A stretch of DNA of 64,000 bases from Armatimonadota bacterium (GCA_963677485.1 OY781964.1:5056001-5120000), one strand, 5' to 3'; positions 18,884 to 29,249 are shown, counted from the stretch's first letter. Numbers and translations: made by a program. The notes: generated by a model not told the origin, from the sequence alone.

Positions 18884-20541
18884 TGTCTTCACGCCGATCC
18901 TCTCATTTCTGGTGGCCAGTGGGGTTAACGCTTCTACTGGCCGCCCTACCCTATCTTTGGGGCTGGTTCCTGGCAGTAGATCGGCATTATGTGTGGATCA
19001 ACCACAACCTGGACGACAACATGGTATATTTGGCTTGGATGCGCCAGGCAGCCGATGGTGCGTTCTTCCTGACGAACCGCTGGACCGCCGAATCGCATCC
19101 GAGCATGTATACCAATCTGCTGTTTTGGTTCATGGGCCGCCTTAGTGGTATGACCCATATCCCGCTTATTGGCATGTTTCACTTCACACGAATTGCATTG
19201 TCTGTGGCCTTAATGGGCACCGTGTGGCTGGCCACCGCGCACTGGATGGGAGTCAAATACCAGCGTCTGACCATGTGGCTGGTGGGGTTATCTTCCGGTC
19301 TTGGATGGCTATTCACCGATGACAGACCGAAGGTCATGCTCGCCCCCATCGATGCCTGGCAGCCCGAGGCCATCACGTTTCTCAGCGTCTACCTTAACCC
19401 GCTGTTCGTCACAGGACTGCTGCTGATTTTGGCCACGAATCTACTGTTGTGGCTCAGCCTGCATCGCCAACAAGCACGCTGGGCTGTGTATGCCGGCTTG
19501 TGCGCTTTGCTGCTGGGCAACATCCATTCCTATGATGTGATTCCGCTTACCGTCACCTGGCTGTTATACGGGCTCAGCCTGCTCATTTGGCACCGCGACC
19601 AAATCAAGCGATATCTTCTTTACGGTATGATCACGGCCGTCATCGCACTACCCAGCGTCATCTGGCAATATGCGGTCTATAAATTCGACCCTGTGTTTCA
19701 CGAGCGAGCCGGTTCATATACTCCGGCGCCGGAGATATGGTGGGTGCTGCTCGGGTTTGGTTTCCTCATTCCGCTGGCACTCATAGGGCTATACAGACAG
19801 CACCGTGCTGAAAAGCTCAGCAGCTCACATATGCTGTTAGCCTGCTGGAGCTTGGCTGCGTTGGGCACTCAATATATTCCGAAATTGCTGAAATACATCG
19901 GCGTAGATGCTCCTTTGAATTTCGAACGCAAGATGGTAATGGGGGCACACATCCCACTCGCTATTTTGGCTGCCATGGGAGTGGTTTACCTAATACAAAA
20001 ACAACATTCGCTTTCACAGAAAGTGGCCATTCCGGTTTTGCTGCTGCTGCTCAGCTTGAGTAATCTGGTATGGATATATCATGACTGCAGGCTGTTATGG
20101 TATAACATAGCCAATACAGGTCTGCATCAACCCTATATAGACGCCAAACGGTGGAGCTCATTCATCGGGCTGCGTCAATATATCAAGCCTGACGATGTGG
20201 TGCTTTGCCCGGTATCCATGGGGGTTTTCCTGCCGGTAGAATTCGGAGCCCGTACCTATGCCGGGCATTGGTCAGAAACACCGTATTTCGCGGACAAGAT
20301 GCATGACATCATCAGCTTTTACGATCCCGGCACGACAGATGACAGTCGCACCGCATTCCTGAAGGGATCGAAAATCAAGTGGGTGATCAGTTTCCACGGG
20401 AAGCAATCTCTTGAGGAGATGTCGCTTCAGCACTCATTCGACAGGCTCCCTGCAGTCAATAGTAACAGCATGTCAGTAAAATACCGCGATGCGGAACTCA
20501 CTCTGTTCGAGGTCGATGATGAGGGTAAATCCTACAGGTAA
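18883..20541 (+). CDS. Polytopic membrane protein, probable GT-C-type glycosyltransferase
   Basis: ~12 TM helices; acidic DD motif in the first outer loop (NLDDNMVYLAWMRQ); HSYD; soluble C-terminal domain with YAGHWSETP. Confidence 0.55.
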   Translation: MSSRRSSHFWWPVGLTLLLAALPYLWGWFLAVDRHYVWINHNLDDNMVYLAWMRQAADGAFFLTNRWTAESHPSMYTNLLFWFMGRLSGMTHIPLIGMFHFTRIALSVALMGTVWLATAHWMGVKYQRLTMWLVGLSSGLGWLFTDDRPKVMLAPIDAWQPEAITFLSVYLNPLFVTGLLLILATNLLLWLSLHRQQARWAVYAGLCALLLGNIHSYDVIPLTVTWLLYGLSLLIWHRDQIKRYLLYGMITAVIALPSVIWQYAVYKFDPVFHERAGSYTPAPEIWWVLLGFGFLIPLALIGLYRQHRAEKLSSSHMLLACWSLAALGTQYIPKLLKYIGVDAPLNFERKMVMGAHIPLAILAAMGVVYLIQKQHSLSQKVAIPVLLLLLSLSNLVWIYHDCRLLWYNIANTGLHQPYIDAKRWSSFIGLRQYIKPDDVVLCPVSMGVFLPVEFGARTYAGHWSETPYFADKMHDIISFYDPGTTDDSRTAFLKGSKIKWVISFHGKQSLEEMSLQHSFDRLPAVNSNSMSVKYRDAELTLFEVDDEGKSYR

Positions 20542-21220
20542 GACAATTGGGCTAGGGTTAGCGGCTATTATCGGGCTGATTGGCATATTCAGACTGACAT
20601 CAATCGGATCGCAGCCTTACGCGCGGTCAAGAGACGAAGGGTTTACTGAAGTCAGCTCCCCAAAAGCAATTCCCAACCCCCAAACCACGGCAGATTCATC
20701 AGAACCTGCCCAGCCACAGCCATCGCAATCTGGAGCAAGAGAAGGCACCATCAGAATCTATGTCTGTGGCCAGGTTAAGCGGCCATCAGTCATGACCATT
20801 CCTGCCTCCTACACAGCCTATGACGCCGTCCAACGTGCTGGCGGGCTCACCGATAAGGCAGATGCAGAACGGGTCAACCTAGCGGCTTGTCTGTCCGATG
20901 GGCAGCAGTTATATATCCCCGCCAAAGGCCAAGCTGCGATTCCCATCGCACCGTCGGCATCTGCGCCTGCATCGCCAAAACCACCCACAGCAACCAACGG
21001 CACTCGCGTTGAGTCTGAAGGGGCCCAACAGATGGTGAACATCAACACCGCGGAGCTCGAGGAACTCGATCGGTTGCCGGGGATAGGACCCGTTCTGGCC
21101 CAGCGAATTATAGACTACAGAAACCAGAACGGCCCTTATGGCACTGCCGATGAGTTAATGGAAGTTAAAGGTATCGGTCAGAAGAAGCTGGAGCAGATGC
21201 GTTCTTTTATTGAGCTCTAG
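20516..21220 (+). CDS. comEA: Competence protein ComEA (SLBB + helix-hairpin-helix)
   Basis: N-terminal TM helix; IYVCGQVKRP...VNLA...DGQQLYIP; VNINTA..EELDRLPGIGP..AQRII; start uncertain (20489-20519). Confidence 0.9.
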   Translation: MMRVNPTGKTIGLGLAAIIGLIGIFRLTSIGSQPYARSRDEGFTEVSSPKAIPNPQTTADSSEPAQPQPSQSGAREGTIRIYVCGQVKRPSVMTIPASYTAYDAVQRAGGLTDKADAERVNLAACLSDGQQLYIPAKGQAAIPIAPSASAPASPKPPTATNGTRVESEGAQQMVNINTAELEELDRLPGIGPVLAQRIIDYRNQNGPYGTADELMEVKGIGQKKLEQMRSFIEL

Positions 21221-21222
21221 CA

Positions 21223-23547
21223 TCACAACTTCATGATAGCAACTGTCGCGCCTGCTCCGCCTTCATCGGCGTCTGCGATTCGGAAGCTTTTCACCAGTGG
21301 ATGTGTGCGCAGGAACTGATGCACGGCCGAACGCAACGCGCCAGTGCCCTTCCCGTGGATGATCCGCACGGGCGACATCCCAGCCATGAAACTGTCATGC
21401 AGGTACATATCGAGCTCCATCATCGCCTCATCTATGTGTAACTGCCTGATATGAATCTCCGATTTAGCTTTCAGAGACTTAGCCAGCCCCATGTCACCAC
21501 CACTTCTGACCACACTGACAATCTTTTGCCCAACAACTTTGCTGACCTCGCTGTATTTCACAGTCATCTCCATCACACCAACCACAACTACCAGACCATC
21601 GGTCTTCAGACGGATGACCTGTCCCTGTACGCCAAGGTTGTTCAATTTAATGGTGTCCCCGATATGCAGCTCCTCTTGAGGCTGATTACTGACTGATGGC
21701 TTCCGCTTTTGCTTTGCCGTCTGAGCAAGCCCACGGATGGCCATCCGGGCATCCTGAACCTCTTTGTTTTCTCTAGGCTGCGCCTGAAGCTTCTTATATT
21801 GTTCTTCCGCCTGATCGACAAGGGTGTCGAAATCGGAGATGGCCTTCTGTACAGCCTCATCAACAGCCTTCTGCTTCTCGCTCTCCAGCTTGGCGATGGC
21901 TGTTTGCAGCTGCTGGTTCAGTTGCTTCTGTTTTGCCAACTGCTGCTCAATCTGCTGCGATTGCAGGTTGGTGTGCTGCTGCTGATGCTGCACAGCCTCC
22001 ATCAATGCCCTCATATCATCTGCGCTTTTTAGCATATGCGAACGGGCGGCTGCTAACACCGTCTCGGGTAGACCTAGCTTGTCAGCTATGGTGATCGCAT
22101 GGCTGGAACCAGCCCCAGGCAGTAGCCGGTAGGTCGGCCGCAGAGTCACCTCATCAAATTCCACGCTGATGCACATCACATCGGGATTGGCCATACCAAA
22201 CATCTTGAGCTCGCTGTAGTGCGTGGTGGTAGCGGCCAGACAGTGTTTGTCGATCAGGTCCTCCATCACAGCCGTAGCTAACGCTGCACCCTCTTGAGGG
22301 TCGGTGCCAGCTCCCAGTTCGTCAAACAACACAAGGCAATTCGCTTTGATGGCGCGTAGTATCCGCGCGATGTTCTTGATGTGCCCTGAAAAAGTGGACA
22401 ACGACTGCTCTATACTCTGCTCATCTCCGATATCCGTCAGCACATCATCAAAAACAGGGATCACAGCCACATCGGCCGGCACATGCATTCCAGACATCGC
22501 CATCAGGGTCAACAAACCCATTGTTTTGAGCGTGACCGTTTTACCGCCGGTATTTGGGCCGGTGATCAGCAACACGCGTCTCTCGGTTAAATCGAGGCTG
22601 ATCGGCACCACCGGTGGTTTGATGAGCGGATGCCGCGCCTGCTTCAACATGAACTGGCCCGTTTCATTCATAGAGGGCTTCACAGCATCCATATCCGCCG
22701 AGAGCCGCCCCATGGCCGCATGGATGTCCATCAGCGTCAGCATTTCCAGATTACTATCTATCTGCGAGTAGTATTTCGATGCTAATGCACTGAGTTCCGT
22801 CAGTATCTTCGCGATTTCCGCCAGCTCAGCCACCTGAAGCTCACGATGCTGGTTGCCCATTTCCACCACATCCTGTGGCTCTACAAACAACGTGGCCCCG
22901 CTTCCTGAGACATCATGAACTATGCCAGGAACCTGCGACCGGTTCTCGCTCTTCACGGCCAGGCAATACCGATTCCCTCGTATGGTGATGATATTGTCCT
23001 GCAGTGCTGACTGATATTTGCTGCTGGTAATATACCCCTGCATTCGGCTTGATATGCGGTTTTGTATGGTCTTGATGCCGTTTCGTATTCGCCCCAACTC
23101 AGGCGAAGCAGCGTCTGAGACAATCCCTTCGTCGGTCAGGCAGTAGCGGATGCGCTCCACCAGACCAGGACACATTTCGAGTAACTCGGCGACATCCCAC
23201 AATGAAGGCAACTGTGGTTTACGCTGCTGAGTAAATCCACGGACACGCCGAGAACACTCCACCAGGTCAGCGATGGCCAGCAGCTCTTCCACGCGCAGCA
23301 CTGCTCGAAGCTTGGTACGGGGTATGGCCTCACCTAATGGGCGGATCCCGCGTAGAGGCATCTCCTCTGCGTGGTCATATAACCATCGGTTCTCGGTGGT
23401 CAGTTTTTGCCAGCGTTCAATCCTGGCACGGTTATTGTCGGGCTGTATTTCCTGTGCCCGGCGAAGGCCTTCAGGAGTAAGTGTGCGGTCGGCCACCATT
23501 TGGCGTACGGTGTCATATTCGAGGATTCTAAGCGCGTGGGTATCCAT
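21223..23547 (-). CDS. mutS2: Endonuclease MutS2
   Basis: Likely start MDTHALRILEY; ITGPNTGGKT, DIGDEQSIEQSLSTFS, DELGAGTDP and TTHY motifs; Smr domain IHGKGTGAL. Confidence 0.95.
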   Translation of the reverse strand: MDTHALRILEYDTVRQMVADRTLTPEGLRRAQEIQPDNNRARIERWQKLTTENRWLYDHAEEMPLRGIRPLGEAIPRTKLRAVLRVEELLAIADLVECSRRVRGFTQQRKPQLPSLWDVAELLEMCPGLVERIRYCLTDEGIVSDAASPELGRIRNGIKTIQNRISSRMQGYITSSKYQSALQDNIITIRGNRYCLAVKSENRSQVPGIVHDVSGSGATLFVEPQDVVEMGNQHRELQVAELAEIAKILTELSALASKYYSQIDSNLEMLTLMDIHAAMGRLSADMDAVKPSMNETGQFMLKQARHPLIKPPVVPISLDLTERRVLLITGPNTGGKTVTLKTMGLLTLMAMSGMHVPADVAVIPVFDDVLTDIGDEQSIEQSLSTFSGHIKNIARILRAIKANCLVLFDELGAGTDPQEGAALATAVMEDLIDKHCLAATTTHYSELKMFGMANPDVMCISVEFDEVTLRPTYRLLPGAGSSHAITIADKLGLPETVLAAARSHMLKSADDMRALMEAVQHQQQHTNLQSQQIEQQLAKQKQLNQQLQTAIAKLESEKQKAVDEAVQKAISDFDTLVDQAEEQYKKLQAQPRENKEVQDARMAIRGLAQTAKQKRKPSVSNQPQEELHIGDTIKLNNLGVQGQVIRLKTDGLVVVVGVMEMTVKYSEVSKVVGQKIVSVVRSGGDMGLAKSLKAKSEIHIRQLHIDEAMMELDMYLHDSFMAGMSPVRIIHGKGTGALRSAVHQFLRTHPLVKSFRIADADEGGAGATVAIMKL

Positions 23548-23693
23548 GATAAGTCGGTCATCTCTCTTTCGTATACCTTCATGGTACGGATTTTTGCCAA
23601 TTCGGTCAAGAACCAGTACAGAACGACTAAGCTGTGTGGGTAATCTTAAGATGGCGACCAACAACAACGAGCTGCCTTAAGGAGGCAACCTTG

Positions 23694-24473
23694 ATGAACG
23701 CTTATCCACTGTCACAAGAGCAGATCGAATTCTACCGTGAGAACGGATTCGTAATGCTTGAAAATATGCTAACCGACGAAGAGTTGGAATCTCTTAGATC
23801 CGCCGCCAATGATATTCTGGCAGAGACCACACCACTGCCAGCCGATGCGCCTGATGCGGTTAAGGAATATCGCAAGGTGTTCGACCAGCGGGTCAACCTG
23901 TGGCCGCACCATCAGGGGATCAAGAAACATGTCACCAACCCAAAGATAGCCGAAGTAGCCAGGCAACTGGCCGGACACACCGCCACACGGTTATGGCATG
24001 ACCATTTACTCACCAAAATGCCAGGTGATAGCAAAGCGTCAGCTTGGCATCAGGACCTCCCCTATTGGCCTTTCTTCTCTCCAGACACACTCTCATGCTG
24101 GATGGCACTTGATGATGTCACCGAGGCCAAGGGCTGCATGCAGTTCGTACCCCGAAGCCAAACATGGGGGCTGTTTGAGCCCATCAACCTGATCACACCC
24201 CAGGCGCTTTTCGACATGGTGCCGGACAAGAACCCTGAAGATTTTCGGCCGTTCGTCGCGGAGATGAAAGCCGGAAGCTGCACATTCCATAACGGCATGA
24301 CTTTCCACTATGCAGGGCCTAACCGCACCGACACCCCACGCCGAGCCATGGTGACCATCTATATCCCAGACGGTGTCATCTACGAGGGACGCTCCCACCC
24401 CGTCACAAACGGACTAGGGCTGGAGGTCGGCCAGCCAATGGCAGGAGAGATGTTCCCCCTACTCGCTCCATAG
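23694..24473 (+). CDS. Phytanoyl-CoA dioxygenase family (PhyH-like 2OG-Fe(II) oxygenase)
   Basis: WHQD, WMALDD...GCM, H...N...RR motifs; AAGGAGG RBS before ATG 23694. Confidence 0.9.
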   Translation: MNAYPLSQEQIEFYRENGFVMLENMLTDEELESLRSAANDILAETTPLPADAPDAVKEYRKVFDQRVNLWPHHQGIKKHVTNPKIAEVARQLAGHTATRLWHDHLLTKMPGDSKASAWHQDLPYWPFFSPDTLSCWMALDDVTEAKGCMQFVPRSQTWGLFEPINLITPQALFDMVPDKNPEDFRPFVAEMKAGSCTFHNGMTFHYAGPNRTDTPRRAMVTIYIPDGVIYEGRSHPVTNGLGLEVGQPMAGEMFPLLAP

Positions 24474-24498
24474 AATATAAAGGCCACCCAACAACGGC

Positions 24499-24536
24499 GA
24501 AGGCACCGACCCCACGACTCGGGATCGGTGCCTTCA
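24499..24536. terminator. Hairpin between convergent genes (probable terminator)
   Basis: GAAGGCACCGACCCC-ACGACTC-GGGATCGGTGCCTTC inverted repeat; no strong U-tract. Confidence 0.6.
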
Positions 24537-24553
24537 TGCAGCTACAGTGAGCG

Positions 24554-25258
24554 TCAGTGCCCTGGGAAGAGTATTCTATCGCAGTTATCGCACTGTTCCA
24601 CATGGCCCTCTTCAACCGAATGAACGGCAGCGATGGCTATGGGCATACGGCACATGCCGCACTTGCCACCGGCCAGGGGACTCATACCCACACCGCGCTG
24701 TCTGCGGCGTACGCCATCGTATTGTGCCAGAAGGTTCTTGTCTACTTTTGCGACGGCCCGGCTTCGCGCTTCGCTCAACGCGGCCATTTCGGCCTCAATA
24801 CGGGCCTTGCCTTCATCTGCCAGTTTGGCAGCTTCACGGTAAGCCTTGACCTTAACGTCCTTGACTTCAGCCAGCGGTTTGACCTCAACTTGAAGCTGCT
24901 CTATCAGGTCCATCAGCTCAAGCATCTTGTCTTCTTTTTCCACCCGATGCCTGGATACCAGCTCCATCTCTTTTTGTTTGTTGTCCAGCTCCTTGGAACC
25001 AGTGATCTTTCCGCTATATAACTCCCGATGCAGACTCTTTTCCTTGGTCAACATACCTTGAACTTCTAAATCCAAATCACGGTAGTCACGCAAGGCGGCC
25101 TGCAATTTAACGTCTACCGCTTTAAATGCGTCCAGTGCCGTCATGGCCTGCGCTTTAAGTTGGTCAACCTCGGCCATCTTCTGTAAATCCATGCGGTGCT
25201 TGAGCAGTTGCACATCAATCTTGTGAACTTCATACAGGAATAGAATTCGTTCATTCAT
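24554..25258 (-). CDS. Coiled-coil protein with C4-type zinc ribbon (COG1579-like)
   Basis: Long helical coiled coil followed by CGMC...CDNCDRIL. Confidence 0.88.
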   Translation of the reverse strand: MNERILFLYEVHKIDVQLLKHRMDLQKMAEVDQLKAQAMTALDAFKAVDVKLQAALRDYRDLDLEVQGMLTKEKSLHRELYSGKITGSKELDNKQKEMELVSRHRVEKEDKMLELMDLIEQLQVEVKPLAEVKDVKVKAYREAAKLADEGKARIEAEMAALSEARSRAVAKVDKNLLAQYDGVRRRQRGVGMSPLAGGKCGMCRMPIAIAAVHSVEEGHVEQCDNCDRILFPGH

Positions 25259-25264
25259 ATCCAG

Positions 25265-27079
25265 TTACCCCTTCCCTTCAAGTGGAACGGTATCGTCCTT
25301 CGGGAACACCACACGGGCATGAGCACGCCCATCGATGTTTCCCATCCAAAAGCTGCCCTTCAACCCGGTTCGCGCCAGATCATCAACGATCTTCAAGCCT
25401 AGCCGAGTCGTCTTGCGGAAATCAAATTCATCCGGCAGTGGTGCTCCATCATTATAAACGGTGATTCGGTAGTCCCTGCCGATATCTTCAATCAGTACCT
25501 TGATCACACCATTATCGGTGTTCTTGAACCCGTGCTCCACCCCATTCTGAATCAACTCATTCAGGATCAACGCAAAGGACGTCGCCTTTTGGAGGGGCAG
25601 CATGAAATCGGCCCCTGATATCGACATATCCACATGCTTGTTGGGTGGTATCAGTCCGCCCTGAGTGGCAGAGAGTATCGACTCAGCCAGCCGTTGCACA
25701 GGCACCAGGTCAAGGTCTTCACGTGACAGCAGATCATGAACTGCTGCAATAGAAGATATGCGCCCGAGGCTTTCCCGGAGAGCCTCTTGAGCCTGGGCGA
25801 CATCAGTGTACCGCATCTGCAAGCGCAGAAGCGAGGCGACCTGTTGCAAGTTGTTCTTTACCCGATGATGCATTTCAGAGAGGATGGCTGACCGAAGGCT
25901 GAGGCGCGCTTGCTGGACCGCCAGAGCTATTTGATTAGCAAAAGCCGTGACGATCTTCTCTTCTTCTTCGCTGAACCTGTGGAACTTCGAAGTGTAGCAG
26001 TTCAATACACCCAGATTCCGATCTTTGGCTCTGATGGGCACGCTCATCAGGCTGAAGAAACCTTCGCGAGCAGCGATGTCACCAAAAACATAGTTGCTTT
26101 CTTTGCTGACATCATCTACTATGATCACACGGTTTTCCAGTATCGCTTTACCCGTCACGCTATGACGTAACGGCACATTCGGTTTTGAAACATATTCCTG
26201 GCTCTGGTTAGAACTGGATTTGAGGATTAACTCCTCATGTTTCTCATCAAGCAGCATGATTGTGCAGACTTTGTAGTTCATAGCCTGTGCGGCTGTATTG
26301 ACCACAAACTGCAACTGGTCTTCCAGATACAAATCACTAGTCACTTGCTTTGTGATCTCAGTGAATGTGTTGACTTGCTCGGCTTGCTGCTGAAGCATGC
26401 GGTAACTGCGGGTTTTTTGAATGGTGCCAGCAACTTGAGCTGCCAGGTTACTGAGTATACGGATTTGGTTCGGCCCATATTCACGTGGTTGTATCGTCTT
26501 GACCGCGACCACACCAAGCACTTCATTTTCATAAAGAAGCGGTACAGCAAGCATCGATTCATACTCGCCTTCCCGCAACTCAGGGAAATACTTGAAGCGC
26601 TTATCGTGGTAGGCAGCAGAGGGAACCGCTACGGCAACACGCTCACGAGCCACCCAGCCGATGATGCCTTCGCCTACTTTCAGGCGCAGTTTTCCCACCA
26701 TATGTCTGCTCTGTTCTTCGGCGGCACGAAGAACCAGCTCTGTTCGGGATTCATCAAAAAGAAGGATGTGGCACGACTCCGTGCCTATTAACCTCTGTGT
26801 TACCTCAACTAATGCGTTGAGGCTGTCTTCAACTTGGATTGCAGAACCCAATGCCTCCCCGATACTACGGAGGGCATCAATCTCCAATTCCTTCTCGGTG
26901 ATCTGCCGCTTCAGTTGGTTGGCCTGAGCCTCTTTACTTGACAGCAGCCGTTCGCTTACAGCCAGGCTTCCGCGTAATGAAACTATCTCATTCGATTCGC
27001 TTTGCAGCCTGTGACTATAACTACGTAGATACTTCGTCGAACGGTGCGGAATTAGACGATGGGTTCTATTTACTGCCAT
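25265..27079 (-). CDS. Cytoplasmic sensor histidine kinase (2 GAF + HisKA_2 + HATPase; PdtaS/EutW-like)
   Basis: Two GAF repeats, EMHHRVKNNLQ H-box, LNELIQNGVEHG and LGLKIV; no TM helix. Confidence 0.92.
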   Translation of the reverse strand: MAVNRTHRLIPHRSTKYLRSYSHRLQSESNEIVSLRGSLAVSERLLSSKEAQANQLKRQITEKELEIDALRSIGEALGSAIQVEDSLNALVEVTQRLIGTESCHILLFDESRTELVLRAAEEQSRHMVGKLRLKVGEGIIGWVARERVAVAVPSAAYHDKRFKYFPELREGEYESMLAVPLLYENEVLGVVAVKTIQPREYGPNQIRILSNLAAQVAGTIQKTRSYRMLQQQAEQVNTFTEITKQVTSDLYLEDQLQFVVNTAAQAMNYKVCTIMLLDEKHEELILKSSSNQSQEYVSKPNVPLRHSVTGKAILENRVIIVDDVSKESNYVFGDIAAREGFFSLMSVPIRAKDRNLGVLNCYTSKFHRFSEEEEKIVTAFANQIALAVQQARLSLRSAILSEMHHRVKNNLQQVASLLRLQMRYTDVAQAQEALRESLGRISSIAAVHDLLSREDLDLVPVQRLAESILSATQGGLIPPNKHVDMSISGADFMLPLQKATSFALILNELIQNGVEHGFKNTDNGVIKVLIEDIGRDYRITVYNDGAPLPDEFDFRKTTRLGLKIVDDLARTGLKGSFWMGNIDGRAHARVVFPKDDTVPLEGKG

Positions 27080-27660
27080 TACACGCTATGAGCAATGATG
27101 ATCGCCTCTGCGATCTCTTTCATCGTCTTGCGGGTGTTCATACTTTGAACTTGAATACGGCGGAACGCCTCTTGCTCTTTTAGCCCATATTGATCCATCA
27201 ATATGCCTTTGGCTCGCTCTATCAGCTTGCGAGTCTCAAGCCGCTCTTCAAGGCTGGTCACTTCACCTTCGAGAGCTTGCATTTCCGAGTAGCGACTGAT
27301 TGCGATTTCGATAGCAGGCATCAGGTCGGCCTCTTTGAAAGGCTTCACAATATAGCCAAACACACCAGATGCTTTTGCTCGGTCGACTAAGTCGCCATCA
27401 CCAAATGCGGTGATCAGCACGCAAGGCGCGATTCGTTCGCTTTGTATGGTCTGAGCAGCGTCTATGCCATCAACTACAGGCATTTTCACGTCGAGTAAAA
27501 CCACATCCGGTTTGTGCTCTCGAGCGGATTCTATCGCTTCGCTGCCATCACTAGCTTCAGCAATTACGTTATATCCCAAACTCTCAAGCATGTTTTTGAG
27601 GTCCATACGAATGATGGGTTCGTCATCCGCGATTACTATCTTCAGGCTGTTTGTTGCCAT
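27079..27660 (-). CDS. ANTAR-domain response regulator (PdtaR/EutV-like)
   Basis: REC domain (IADDE, LDVKMP, KPF) plus ANTAR domain (RKLIERAKGILM...EAF..IQ..SM). Confidence 0.95.
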   Translation of the reverse strand: MATNSLKIVIADDEPIIRMDLKNMLESLGYNVIAEASDGSEAIESAREHKPDVVLLDVKMPVVDGIDAAQTIQSERIAPCVLITAFGDGDLVDRAKASGVFGYIVKPFKEADLMPAIEIAISRYSEMQALEGEVTSLEERLETRKLIERAKGILMDQYGLKEQEAFRRIQVQSMNTRKTMKEIAEAIIIAHSV

Positions 27661-27744
27661 ATGCTGCGGTTCCTTTCTAAGAATACATCAGTGTTAGTGT
27701 GTTAATTGTACCACAGGGGAAACACTGCGTCATGCAATGTGATA

Positions 27745-27790
27745 GAAAACTAGAAGGGGCACCAGGCTATACACCCAGCACCCCTGCCTA
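27745..27790 (-). terminator. Rho-independent terminator after the corrinoid protein gene
   Basis: Minus strand AGGGGTGCTGGG-TGTATAG-CCTGGTGCCCCT followed by TCTAGTTTTC. Confidence 0.65.
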
Positions 27791-27810
27791 TTTATATGAT
27801 AGCGGAAATC

Positions 27811-28446
27811 TTAAGCGATTCCCACTAGCTCCTTCAGCTTGTCTACAGCACTGGCTGCATCCTCTGAATAACCGTCAGCACCGATCTGGTCTGAGTATTC
27901 CTGAGTAACAGGAGCTCCACCGATCATGACTTTGACTTCGCTGCGTACACCCTCTGCAACGAGTGCATCAATGGTGCTCTTCATGGAAGGCATGGTGGTT
28001 GTGAGCAGTGCGGACATGCAAAGCACGTTGACGCCCTTCTCTTTAACCGCTTCTACGAATTTCTCAGGGCTGACGTCAACACCCAGGTCGACAATTTCAA
28101 AGCCAGCGCCTTCGAGCATCATCATGACCAAGTTCTTGCCGATGTCATGCAGGTCGCCTGCCACGGTGCCGATACCCACCGTAACGGGTGATTTGCGCTC
28201 TGCTGCACTGAGCAGAGGCTTAACGATGTTCATGCACTGCTGCATGGCGCGAGCAGCCACGAGTACTTCAGGAACGTAGTATTCGTTAGCCTTGAAACGG
28301 CGGCCAACTTCCTGCATACCAAGAATCAAGCCATCGGTAATGATGGTTGCTGGGCCTACACCAGACTCTAGTGCGGCGCGGGTGATCTCTTCGGCCTTCT
28401 TGCGGTTACCATTGATAATCGCTTCTTGTAGGGTACTTAGGTCCAT
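27811..28446 (-). CDS. Methyltransferase cognate corrinoid (B12-binding) protein
   Basis: Cap domain (YYVPEVLVAARAM) plus GDLHDIGKNLV, SALLTTT and GGAP motifs. Confidence 0.93.
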   Translation of the reverse strand: MDLSTLQEAIINGNRKKAEEITRAALESGVGPATIITDGLILGMQEVGRRFKANEYYVPEVLVAARAMQQCMNIVKPLLSAAERKSPVTVGIGTVAGDLHDIGKNLVMMMLEGAGFEIVDLGVDVSPEKFVEAVKEKGVNVLCMSALLTTTMPSMKSTIDALVAEGVRSEVKVMIGGAPVTQEYSDQIGADGYSEDAASAVDKLKELVGIA

Positions 28447-28517
28447 GATGTCCTCCCTGATTGTCGTGTATATGTTGTGATTATGTATATAGCTCAGAAA
28501 GCAGCTCTCCCTGCTGC

Positions 28518-29249
28518 TTACCTCGCCGCGATGATGCCGTCGTCATTGGTACCCGTGACGCTCTGTCCAGGTTGCACGATCAAGAAGTCTTGATCCCACT
28601 CCCCTTTGGTTAGTTTGCCGAGAAGAGATAAATTTCCCTGCAATTCGGCATAATTCCAGTTATTCGTTTGACAGATGTTTTGAACTTCTTCAGCCATAGC
28701 CGACTGATCGTACATGGGAAGTTGAATAAGAACCCCTCGTTTATAGTTACTTTTCCAACTACCCAAAACCTCTAATAAATACTTAGCGTTATCTTCACCG
28801 TACTTTTCTACCATATCCTCATAGCACTCAATCCCCTCACCAAGCATATCGGGTACAGACTGTTGCTGTAAGTATCCGGAAGTATTGGCGGTGAGAAATC
28901 CCCTTGTGAAATAGTAGCTGCCAGGGTTTTCATGGAACTCATCAAGGTATCGCTTCCTGGAACCCATAAACAGGGTCAGGCAGTCATGAGCTCTTGGAAT
29001 GACCAATGGCGTATGCCGTGAAGTCATCCCTTCGATCAGCCGGTTACAATAGGCATATCCAACTAGAATATAGTCATATCCTTCGGGGATTGAATCAAGC
29101 TCTTGCTGCAGCTTGTTCGCACTCCGTTTGGGAAAATTATGATACTCATCTCTGACCACGTAATGAAGATCGATCTGATGCTCATTGTTTTCGATCAGTA
29201 TGCTCATCTCATCCTTCATCACGTCACAGGCGAAAAGTAGTAGTTTCAT
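28518..29249 (-). CDS. DUF1638 family protein (associated with corrinoid methyltransferase systems)
   Basis: ACDVM, HNFP, GYAYC, VIPRAHDCL..FMGS and PGSYY motifs; likely start MKLLLF at 29249. Confidence 0.8.
   Translation of the reverse strand: MKLLLFACDVMKDEMSILIENNEHQIDLHYVVRDEYHNFPKRSANKLQQELDSIPEGYDYILVGYAYCNRLIEGMTSRHTPLVIPRAHDCLTLFMGSRKRYLDEFHENPGSYYFTRGFLTANTSGYLQQQSVPDMLGEGIECYEDMVEKYGEDNAKYLLEVLGSWKSNYKRGVLIQLPMYDQSAMAEEVQNICQTNNWNYAELQGNLSLLGKLTKGEWDQDFLIVQPGQSVTGTNDDGIIAAR

Noticed and set aside
23610-23624. GAAC-N7-GAAC (alphaproteobacterial-type LexA box) upstream of mutS2
   Set aside because: Single instance with no matching site at the lexA promoter; likely chance.
27661-27810. 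Dual ANTAR hairpins autoregulating the response regulator
   Set aside because: A terminator is present, but no pair of A1/G4 hexaloop hairpins overlapping it was found by eye.
28447-28517. Cobalamin riboswitch upstream of the corrinoid gene
   Set aside because: The gap is ~70 nt and lacks a B12-box; the gap upstream of DUF1638 is also short, with no motif.
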